Shown here in pieces: positions 47,747-54,877 of a stretch of 64,000 nt of DNA (positions are counted from its first letter, which is position 1; every line of letters starts with the position of its first letter). The translations under genes and the position numbers were made by a program. The notes under the pieces are model-generated. The model worked only from the letters and a program-made list of their open reading frames with translations, had not been told where the DNA came from and searched no databases. Source of the DNA: a virus (Duplodnaviria; Heunggongvirae; Uroviricota; Caudoviricetes). The stretch is taken from IMG/VR virus record IMGVR_UViG_3300037042_007115; one strand, 5' to 3'.

Positions 47747-48435
47747 CAGAAATACCTACTAAGCGTATCATAGAAGTAGAGAGATGCTGGGGCATAAATC
47801 AGTATAACCTAAAAGGTTGCCCATATGCCCGCTTTATGTCTTATGAATCTGGGCATTTTTGTACAGCAGCAAACAAAGACTGTTGGCAAGTAGGGCCTGA
47901 GGACCCAAAGATTGAGAAAGATACCGATGGTTTTCCCCTTTGGTGCCCACTTAAGAAGCCATTAGTGCCGCCAGAATGCATACAGGTTCCCGGAAATCCT
48001 CCCCCTAAGACCCCATATACTATTTATGAGTGGGAATGTGAGGAGATAGAGAAGGTTAATGAGAGTCTACCTACTGATGAGCTTGAGCTAAAAGTTCGTT
48101 CCTTGTTATGGGTAGTGCGTACTCGGGACCCAGTAGAGCCCAGGCACACCCTAGAATACCAGATGAAGCGACTAGCTCAGTATTTCATCTACGGTACCTG
48201 CGATGGTATCTGCGACAACTGCTGTCTGTGTGACAATGCCGGAGGCTGTATTGCACCTGACCCCATAGGGTGTCCTCATCATACCTCAGTTGCTCATACG
48301 GGTGACCGGGTAGAACCTATCAAGCATTTCTGCAGGGGGACATCAATTAAAGACATTATTACCCCAGATATCGTAGACGCTGCTTTCAGGGCCGGCCAGT
48401 ACTCAATGAAAAATAAGAAGTTAGGGGATGGGTAA
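47743..48435 (+). CDS. Cys-rich hypothetical protein (230 aa)
   Basis: Multiple Cys clusters; ATGA overlap. Confidence 0.65.
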   Translation: MTEIPTKRIIEVERCWGINQYNLKGCPYARFMSYESGHFCTAANKDCWQVGPEDPKIEKDTDGFPLWCPLKKPLVPPECIQVPGNPPPKTPYTIYEWECEEIEKVNESLPTDELELKVRSLLWVVRTRDPVEPRHTLEYQMKRLAQYFIYGTCDGICDNCCLCDNAGGCIAPDPIGCPHHTSVAHTGDRVEPIKHFCRGTSIKDIITPDIVDAAFRAGQYSMKNKKLGDG

Positions 48436-48547
48436 GAAAATGGCTGACTCTCCACTCTTCCCTCTCCCATTAATACTCCTTGTATCCTCTATTTTAGTTG
48501 CTCTATTTATTTTGTTTCGTTACTGGGCGGGAGACTAGGGTGAATTC

Positions 48548-48730
48548 ATGCTAGATTTCGACAATTACGGTATTCGCTGCTTGCTGCTTGCAGCATCTCT
48601 TCTGATAATGTATCTTTTTATTACATTAATTACCCGGTTTTGCCCCTGTCTTACCTGTTGTATAGATGGGTGCCACGGGGGTTGTCAGAAGAATAAAGAT
48701 TCTGTGAGAAAGGAGGAAGAAAAACCATGA
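48548..48730 (+). CDS. Small membrane protein, Cys-rich tail
   Basis: GGTGA SD; ORF track. Confidence 0.5.
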   Translation: MLDFDNYGIRCLLLAASLLIMYLFITLITRFCPCLTCCIDGCHGGCQKNKDSVRKEEEKP

Positions 48731-48990
48731 TAGAAAAGGACAAAGTAAAATATGAAGCCCAGTTTAAAGCTTGGTTCAAGGATCAGTTCGGCCCGCGGCC
48801 CTCACCCCATAGCCTCCTAACCTTAGAGCTTAAGGTTGTTGAATTAGAGAGAAAAGCCACTGAGGCTCGGTATCTATACAACCAGGTGAGGATCTATGAT
48901 AATTGGTCTTCTGCTGCCTTGTTCGCCTGGGATGCAGCTCGGGACCTCCTACTCATAGAAAATAATCCCGAGGCTCGAGAGGGGAGATAA
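48727..48990 (+). CDS. Hypothetical protein
   Basis: GGAGG SD; ATGA overlap. Confidence 0.6.
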   Translation: MIEKDKVKYEAQFKAWFKDQFGPRPSPHSLLTLELKVVELERKATEARYLYNQVRIYDNWSSAALFAWDAARDLLLIENNPEAREGR

Positions 48991-49069
48991 GTATTAAAAG
49001 TTCTGGGCATAATACTCATTATTCAAGGGTTGCCCTAGAATTTCAAGGCTACCTGAATTTGGTGATATA

Positions 49070-49414
49070 GTGTCCGACGAAAATCAAATACGCATAAAAG
49101 CAGAGATAGATTCAATCACTCAGCAGCGACTTAGAATTGCTGCTCGAGATGAGTATTGCAGAATTAAAGCTGCTACTCTACACTCCCGCCTACCATATGT
49201 CACACAGAAGCTTGTGTCCGAAAAGGTTTTGGAATATGCACTTCTGGACGATTGGGCCCATCGGGAAGCATTGTACCGGTCACCCCATCTACATATTGCA
49301 TCGGAAGATCTACTGATGCATCTCCTGGAAAATCCCTCTATCTTGGAAGAACCTGAGATACTCTTTTTATCTTCTCTGATAAAACTGGAACACAATATTA
49401 GGTCTGGGGGATAA
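49070..49414 (+). CDS. Hypothetical protein, possible RHH-like N-terminus
   Basis: GGTGAT SD before GTG; QIRIKAEIDSITQQRLR. Confidence 0.6.
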   Translation: MSDENQIRIKAEIDSITQQRLRIAARDEYCRIKAATLHSRLPYVTQKLVSEKVLEYALLDDWAHREALYRSPHLHIASEDLLMHLLENPSILEEPEILFLSSLIKLEHNIRSGG

Positions 49415-49418
49415 GCCT

Positions 49419-49634
49419 TTGCCCGTCACTCTACCTTGTTCAAATCCTCGCTGTAGGAATAAGGTTTCTCGAAGTCCCTGTGAGATCGCTGCCTCAAAGA
49501 CTGGGGAGTTCTATTGTTCTAGGGACTGCCAGCATGAATCGCTTGTGGTTTCTGGTTTATTTCGCAGGAAAGACAGTAGGGGAAATATCCTACGATCTCA
49601 ACCACAGTACCCTCCACATAGAGTTGGTGTTTGA
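49419..49634 (+). CDS. Small zinc-finger protein
   Basis: CSNPRC..FYCSRDCQ. Confidence 0.6.
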   Translation: MPVTLPCSNPRCRNKVSRSPCEIAASKTGEFYCSRDCQHESLVVSGLFRRKDSRGNILRSQPQYPPHRVGV

Positions 49635-49894
49635 TTATGGTATTAGATGATAGTCCTCTTGAGCTCCTTATTCCTTTGGCCCTTTTGGTAATCGTACTAA
49701 TACTTGCCGCTACCATTCTCCAGGGGCTCACTGCGCCCTCACATTCTTCCAACTCGGAATATAATGAGTATTTAAGCATACGCGACTATTCTAGTTGTAC
49801 TAAAACTAATGACACCGGTTGTATGGGCGGTTGTATCCACACATATCGAATGTGTCAAATAGAACACTGCGGCCCAGAAGGAATAGGGTGGTAA
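49631..49894 (+). CDS. Small membrane-anchored Cys-rich protein
   Basis: TM helix then 6 Cys. Confidence 0.55.
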   Translation: MIMVLDDSPLELLIPLALLVIVLILAATILQGLTAPSHSSNSEYNEYLSIRDYSSCTKTNDTGCMGGCIHTYRMCQIEHCGPEGIGW

Positions 49895-49895
49895 G

Positions 49896-50204
49896 ATGCA
49901 TTATTTAGACTGTGAGTTTAGGCATAGACTTCCATTGTCCTCAAGAATTTTAGGCTCCCGGAAACGTTTAATAGAGATTTTTGAGCACGAGCTTATCGGT
50001 CAGTCACCAGGGGCCCAAGATCTTCTGAGTAACACTCTAAACAAAACAGAAACCGAGCCATGTTGCACGCATAAGAATGGTCCATGGGTGCCCTTTGGGG
50101 GTATTAGAGACCCATTCCTCTGCGAAGTAGCTATTCTCTCTGGGAGATGCCCAGAGGGCCACAGGCCACATGAGGTACCACCACACTGGAGAGAGAGAAA
50201 ATGA
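49896..50204 (+). CDS. Cys-rich hypothetical protein
   Basis: ORF track; packing. Confidence 0.55.
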   Translation: MHYLDCEFRHRLPLSSRILGSRKRLIEIFEHELIGQSPGAQDLLSNTLNKTETEPCCTHKNGPWVPFGGIRDPFLCEVAILSGRCPEGHRPHEVPPHWRERK

Positions 50205-50434
50205 CTGCTGATGAGTGTGATTTTGAATATGAGGGTAGGTGTATCCCTCCGGAAGAGTTTGCCTCTTTCGTGTGTCCATCCTCAGAGCTGCGACACGGAG
50301 TTAGATTCTGCCGGGGAAACAATGCAGAACTTGTTACCCAGCAAGAATGGGAGGATCAACAGGCAGAAAAGCTATTAAGTACCCCCCGCACCAGTAGAGA
50401 TGACCGAGAAATGAAAGGATTCCAAAGAACATGA
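50201..50434 (+). CDS. Small hypothetical protein
   Basis: ATGA overlaps. Confidence 0.55.
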   Translation: MTADECDFEYEGRCIPPEEFASFVCPSSELRHGVRFCRGNNAELVTQQEWEDQQAEKLLSTPRTSRDDREMKGFQRT

Positions 50435-50619
50435 GGCCAAGGGGTATTGGAAAGAGGAATTATACTAGTGCTAGTAGGCAGGATTTCCTTAGATTAGCTA
50501 GACTTGTACAGCAAGGAAAGGCAAGTATGATTCCTAAACGAATGTATACCGTAGAAGAAGCCATTAGGCAAGCTGGAATACCTTTGGAGGGGGTCCATGA
50601 GCCTACTACTGCAGTTTAA
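50431..50619 (+). CDS. Small hypothetical protein
   Basis: ATGA overlap. Confidence 0.5.
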   Translation: MRPRGIGKRNYTSASRQDFLRLARLVQQGKASMIPKRMYTVEEAIRQAGIPLEGVHEPTTAV

Positions 50620-50905
50620 CCCCAGACCCTCTTCCCGGTGTTATGGGTGTAAATACCTTCCAGGCGGAGATTGGTGCCATAAATACAAGGAGAACGTGCA
50701 TTATTGTGCGATGACCTGTATAAATGATCATCCTGTCTGTGAAAGAGACCATCCGATCATTAGGAGGAGGATTCAGATCATGAGGATTATTAGAGTGGCT
50801 GCAGTTTGTAATGCCTGTACCATGAGTACCTGTGACGGTTGTTCCACAGCTAGGAAGCTAGACGGCATGATACTGCCCCTTTCAAAGAAGGAATTGGAGG
50901 GTTAA
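50597..50905 (+). CDS. Cys-rich zinc-binding protein
   Basis: CYGC..C..C..C..CNACTMSTCDGC. Confidence 0.55.
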   Translation: MSLLLQFNPRPSSRCYGCKYLPGGDWCHKYKENVHYCAMTCINDHPVCERDHPIIRRRIQIMRIIRVAAVCNACTMSTCDGCSTARKLDGMILPLSKKELEG

Positions 50906-51528
50906 TGTGGCCAACTGTAGGTACCAGGAGCGTATTAATAGGTGTGCACCAGTTTATCTGGCACCCAATTACTGTAGCCTTAGGTTGGCATCAGCTTTAT
51001 GGTTGCTGGCCAACCTGGCCGGAACTAGTTTGTATTGGGTTACACGATATCGGCTACTGGGGTAAACCCAATATCGATGGAGAAGAGGGGGATACACACC
51101 CGGAATACGGGGCTGGACTTGCCCATTGGCTACTTGAGCCTACATACTGGGAAGTACTGGGTGAGACAGATGACCAGAGCTCAGGTTGGTCAGTTCTGAA
51201 ACAGAAGACCTACTGGTTAGAGTTTTGCTTGTTTCACTCGAGACACTACGCTGCTAAGTATGGCAAAGAGCCCTCAAAACTCTGCTGGGCAGACAAGCTC
51301 TCCTGTGCCTATGACCCCTGGTGGTTCTATCTCACCCGTTCTTGGTTAACAGGAGAGATTCATGAGCAACGCAAGATGTGGGCAGATGAGGGTCGTATTC
51401 CCATAACTGCAACGCATAAGGAATGGTATTTATGGGCTCAACAACGTTCTATAAACATAGGTCTAAGCCAGGGTAAAGTGAACTACAAATTACACCGGAG
51501 CCCAGGAAGCCCGGAGGATGAATCATGA
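50905..51528 (+). CDS. HD-like metal-dependent phosphohydrolase
   Basis: HQFIWHP..LHDIGYW..HPEYGA..FHSRHY..WADK. Confidence 0.65.
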   Translation: MWPTVGTRSVLIGVHQFIWHPITVALGWHQLYGCWPTWPELVCIGLHDIGYWGKPNIDGEEGDTHPEYGAGLAHWLLEPTYWEVLGETDDQSSGWSVLKQKTYWLEFCLFHSRHYAAKYGKEPSKLCWADKLSCAYDPWWFYLTRSWLTGEIHEQRKMWADEGRIPITATHKEWYLWAQQRSINIGLSQGKVNYKLHRSPGSPEDES

Positions 51529-51986
51529 TAGAAGAAATACTACTTAAAAATATCTCATATGACATAAGGGCCCGGAATGGTACTTGGTGCAGTAGCCCTT
51601 ACCCCGGGCACAAGCGCGGTTGCCCTAATATTAAGAAAGGGTGCCTCAGGAAGACACCAGATTTTGCTGAGTTTCCGGCTAGGAACTGGTACGCAGTAAT
51701 AGAAGAGTTTGACCTTGCTGCCCATGCTAAGAAAATGAAAGAGGCTCACCCCGATTGGTCCGAGCGTCAGTGCAGGAACCCCCTCTACTGGCAAGGCGGT
51801 GTACGCAAGAGGCTCAGAGACAAAGCCGCAGCTTGTGCCATTGTGCATAATGGTGATTATATCTTAGAGATTCCTGAAGCTTGTGGAGTTGATGTATTTG
51901 CAACTATGGCCAAAGTGGGTATTGTTTTGGAGCGGGTTCCCCAGAAGGTCATTAAAGTGATGCTTGTAGGAACCCCCCTGGGATAG
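51525..51986 (+). CDS. DUF2284-like metal-binding protein
   Basis: C..YPGHKRGCP..PEACGVDVFATM. Confidence 0.7.
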   Translation: MIEEILLKNISYDIRARNGTWCSSPYPGHKRGCPNIKKGCLRKTPDFAEFPARNWYAVIEEFDLAAHAKKMKEAHPDWSERQCRNPLYWQGGVRKRLRDKAAACAIVHNGDYILEIPEACGVDVFATMAKVGIVLERVPQKVIKVMLVGTPLG

Positions 51987-52005
51987 CTATTTTCTTAGAA
52001 GAGCC

Positions 52006-52022
52006 TAGAAAGGAATATATAC
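52006..52022 (+). promoter_or_regulatory. BRE/TATA promoter for the ncRNA-Ro60 operon
   Basis: TAGAAAGG purine-rich BRE-like element then AATATATA; expected start near 52043-52046 coincides with the first RNA stem. Confidence 0.6.
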
Positions 52023-52042
52023 TTATGGAATCCAAATGTATT

Positions 52043-52120
52043 TACAGGGTTGCGTAGAGTACGGTTACTTCTCTACAACTTGGATTGAACATCACACCGT
52101 GCTCGTTTGATCTCCCTGTA
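52043..52120 (+). ncRNA. Y-RNA-like RNA 1
   Basis: TACAGGG/CCCTGTA terminal stem; GAGTACGGT/ACCGTGCTC inner stem; conserved GGGTTGCGTAGA, TTACTTC and TTGATCTCCC motifs; upstream of Ro60. Confidence 0.8.
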
Positions 52121-52125
52121 TTCTT

Positions 52126-52159
52126 ACTCCTATACTTGGGTTCAACTCCCAATAGGGGT
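52126..52159 (+). ncRNA. tRNA-like minihelix (acceptor stem plus T-arm)
   Basis: ACTCCTA/TAGGGGT 7 bp; 3-nt linker; TTGGG-TTCAACT-CCCAA T-arm. Confidence 0.55.
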
Positions 52160-52274
52160 TTTAGCCTTCGGGGGCGGAGAATATGATCTCTCCATGTCTC
52201 GTCTTTCATCGGTTTAATCTCCTGTGTTTGACTTCTCATCGGAAGCATCAATTGGCCGTCACCTTGGGCATTAG

Positions 52275-52365
52275 TTTAGGGTTGCGTAGAATACAGTTAC
52301 TTCGTGTTCTACATGTATTGATCTAACTGGTCGATATTCAACTGTATTCGATTGATCTCCCTAAG
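52275..52365 (+). ncRNA. Y-RNA-like RNA 2
   Basis: TTTAGGG/CCCTAAG terminal stem; GAATACAGTT/AACTGTATTC perfect 10 bp; same conserved motifs with compensatory changes versus RNA 1. Confidence 0.8.
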
Positions 52366-52386
52366 CACTCCTCACCATATTACATC

Positions 52387-52515
52387 GGGGACATGGGGTA
52401 GTGGTTATCCCGCTAAAATTTCCGCTGTCGATTGATCTCCCTTTATCGGGTTGCGTAGATAGCGGTTACTTCGGCTTCAGATCGAGAGACCCAGGTTCGA
52501 CTCCTGGTGTCCCCA
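52387..52515 (+). tRNA. tRNA-like RNA with UCA anticodon and a 57-nt insert (52415-52471) in the anticodon stem that is a circularly permuted Y-RNA stem
   Basis: Acceptor GGGGACA/TGTCCCC+A73; D-arm GGG-TAGTGGTTAT-CCC; anticodon stem CT^CGG/TCGAG with loop CTTCAGA; T-arm CCAGG-TTCGACT-CCTGG; U8, A14, G18G19, A21 and U33 all present. Confidence 0.8.
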
Positions 52516-52536
52516 CTTCAAGTATTGATTCATGAA

Positions 52537-52559
52537 AACCGGTTGCGAATTCTCCGGTT
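52537..52559 (+). promoter_or_regulatory. Mini hairpin in the Ro60 5' leader carrying fragments of the Y-RNA motif
   Basis: AACCGG-TTGCGAATTCT-CCGGTT, 15 nt before ATG 52575. Confidence 0.45.
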
Positions 52560-52574
52560 ATGTCGAGTTTTTGT

Positions 52575-54107
52575 ATGTCAAAATTAAACAAGAAAGCTAG
52601 CGAGGGCGAGAAACTTCTTTCTCACCCAGACCTTACTCTTAATAAAGAGAATGGGGTCGCCTTTAAGACCGGGCCAAAGGTTGAGCTTATGCTTAGAATT
52701 GTAAGTTCCCTTATCTCTGAGGCTGGTGCTTATACCCCCGGGAAAGAGATGGATAAAGAACTGCTTATTGCTATTGAGAAAGCAATGTGTGAGGACCCAA
52801 AGTACATCTTGCAGTTGGCAGTATTTGCCCGTAACAAACTATATCTGCGGAGTGCCACTACTGTATTGCTTGGTGAATATGCTTTAAGTGCAGGGGTAAG
52901 TAAAGTACCAGAGGCACGGAAGTACTTTTTCAATGCACTCCAGAGAGCAGATGATATTACTGAGCTTTTGGGCTATATCTTAACTCGCAAGGGCCAGATA
53001 GATGTCCCATTTAAGGGTAAAATCCCGCATGTGGTTAAACACAGTGTAGCGGAGGCCTTAAAGAAGTTTGATGCCTACCAGTTGGCTAAATACAATCGCT
53101 CAGATGTAGAGGTTACTCTTCGGGATGCTATCTTCCTTACCCACCCCCAGCCGGATAATGATGAGCAGGCAAAGTTATTCGCTAGTATTATTGATGGAAC
53201 TCTTGCCCCACCAGATACATGGGAAGTTCACCTCTCCAGAGATGGTAGTAGCAAGGAGACCTGGGAAGGTATTATCCCCAAGATGGGTTACATGGCTACG
53301 CTTAGGAACCTCAGGAACATGCTTGAGTCTAAAGTCAACATGGTGCCAGTATTGAGGAAACTCTCTGACCCTTCAGAAGTATTGAAATCTAAGCAGTTCC
53401 CATACCGGTTCCTTAGTGCCTACAAGGAGCTTGAGGGTGTAAGTGGCGCCAGTAGAACTTTAGCTGCACTTTCAGATGCACTTGATCTGAGTGCCCAGAA
53501 TGTGCCAGACTTTCCCGGTATTAGCTTCATCACCTGTGACACCAGCGGGACCATGAACGCCACCCTCTCGAGTAAATCAAAGATGACCCGGAAAGAGGTC
53601 GGCTGTTTATTCGGTGCCATGGTGCATAAGAAAGCTGAAGACTCAATAGTAGCAGCTTTTGCCTCAGAGATAGCCCCGGTAGAACTCAGCTATAGGGATT
53701 CAACCTTCACAAACATGAAGAAGCTGTTTGAGGCCAATACTCACGGGAGTGCTACTAACGCTTACAAAGTAATGGACTGGTTAATTGAGGAGAAGCACTT
53801 TGTAGATAGGATTATTCTATTTAGCGATATGCTGTGTTATTCCTCTAGCACAAGAATGGCTTGGATTGCTGTTAACAATGACCAGAATCTCTACCTGGGT
53901 CTGAAGAAATATCGGCAGCAGATCAACCCCAACGTGTTTGTCTACACCTTCGACCTCTCCAGCCACGGCTCAGTACAGTTCCCCAAGGACGACCCAAAGG
54001 TCTGTGTCTTAGGGGGGTTTAGTGATAAGATCTTAAATTTCATCCCCATGTTTGAAAGATCCCGGGCAGACATGCTAGCTGAGATAGAATCCATTGTCCC
54101 TGAGTAG
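52575..54107 (+). CDS. ro60: Ro60/TROVE-domain RNA-binding protein with C-terminal vWA domain
   Basis: LQLAVFARNKLYLRS..QRADDITELLGY..KFDAYQLAKYNR..LRDAIFLTHP..TWEVHLS..MGYMATLRNLRN..QFPYRFLSAY; vWA CDTSGTM; IILFSDM. Confidence 0.95.
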   Translation: MSKLNKKASEGEKLLSHPDLTLNKENGVAFKTGPKVELMLRIVSSLISEAGAYTPGKEMDKELLIAIEKAMCEDPKYILQLAVFARNKLYLRSATTVLLGEYALSAGVSKVPEARKYFFNALQRADDITELLGYILTRKGQIDVPFKGKIPHVVKHSVAEALKKFDAYQLAKYNRSDVEVTLRDAIFLTHPQPDNDEQAKLFASIIDGTLAPPDTWEVHLSRDGSSKETWEGIIPKMGYMATLRNLRNMLESKVNMVPVLRKLSDPSEVLKSKQFPYRFLSAYKELEGVSGASRTLAALSDALDLSAQNVPDFPGISFITCDTSGTMNATLSSKSKMTRKEVGCLFGAMVHKKAEDSIVAAFASEIAPVELSYRDSTFTNMKKLFEANTHGSATNAYKVMDWLIEEKHFVDRIILFSDMLCYSSSTRMAWIAVNNDQNLYLGLKKYRQQINPNVFVYTFDLSSHGSVQFPKDDPKVCVLGGFSDKILNFIPMFERSRADMLAEIESIVPE

Positions 54108-54161
54108 CTTTTTTCCAGCCGGGGGTAAATTTAAATCCCCCAAAACCCATTTATTTAATAC

Positions 54162-54827
54162 ATGTATATCGAGCACTATGTCTACAGCGCGGCTATCGGT
54201 ATACTGGTCGGGATGTTTTACCACCGACTTACTGGAAGAAACCCTACCTGGATTATATTGGCCGCCGCCTCTGTGCCTGATATTGATTATCTTTTTCAAT
54301 ATCTTTGCTATGATGTTTTATCTAAGTGGAGCCTATTTGCTGGGCCTTGGGTAACTCATGGTGACTTTCACAATTTTTTATCTTTCTTTGTCCTTTCAGC
54401 TTTCTTAGGAGTAGTTTGTAGGAAATACTTCGGTGAGCTTTTTGTTGATGGCTTTATTTGTATCTGGATTAGTTGTTGTTTACACTTAATTTGTGATATT
54501 TGGGTATATGCTGTACCAGTTACTCCTTTCTTTCCTCTCAATTATGCTTTTTATGGGCTTAATATTACCCCAGAAATTTTAGATATGCCCCTGGCGATAG
54601 GGAATTGGGGTATTTTACTGGTGAGTTTTTATTTCTTCTTAACTGTATGTGTGATTAAGTACCTCTTTGACTGCAAAGAGTGTGCTGACCACTACCAAAC
54701 TTTAGTTGAGTTTATTTCTCCCGGTATTACTTCAATTTATTTTATGATTACCCGGTATGGTTCACGTATCTCTCGTATATATTCCATTTGTTTAGCCTCA
54801 GTTGTTAGGGGTAATCGAGAGCCTTAA
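54162..54827 (+). CDS. YdjM-like membrane-bound metal-dependent hydrolase
   Basis: EHYVYS..ASVPDIDY..THGDFHN..LHLICDI; multiple TM helices. Confidence 0.75.
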   Translation: MYIEHYVYSAAIGILVGMFYHRLTGRNPTWIILAAASVPDIDYLFQYLCYDVLSKWSLFAGPWVTHGDFHNFLSFFVLSAFLGVVCRKYFGELFVDGFICIWISCCLHLICDIWVYAVPVTPFFPLNYAFYGLNITPEILDMPLAIGNWGILLVSFYFFLTVCVIKYLFDCKECADHYQTLVEFISPGITSIYFMITRYGSRISRIYSICLASVVRGNREP

Positions 54828-54877
54828 CAGGTATAATGCAGAGAAAGGCTTAATATACAATACACCTAAGTAGTATT

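Noticed and set aside
45712-48730. Genome-wide UGA recoding
   Set aside because: Many ORFs end in TGA exactly overlapping the next ATG (45712-15, 45912-15, 46792-95, 47743-46, 48727-30), and long genes are intact under the standard code.
52408-52474. Canonical bulge-helix-bulge intron
   Set aside because: For both possible junctions the required 4-bp central helix (CCCG/TTAC or TCCC/GTTA) does not pair, so EndA splicing is unsupported, though not excluded.
52043-52475. Three GGGTTGCGTAGA..TTACTTC repeats as a CRISPR mini-array
   Set aside because: Spacing is irregular, the central bases covary with downstream complementary strands as in RNA stems, and no cas gene was recognised. A structured-RNA explanation fits better.
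52387-52515. tRNA-Sec interpretation of the UCA anticodon
   Set aside because: It has a 7/5 acceptor/T-stem, a short variable loop and a 3-bp D-stem, with no long variable arm. No selenoprotein machinery was seen.
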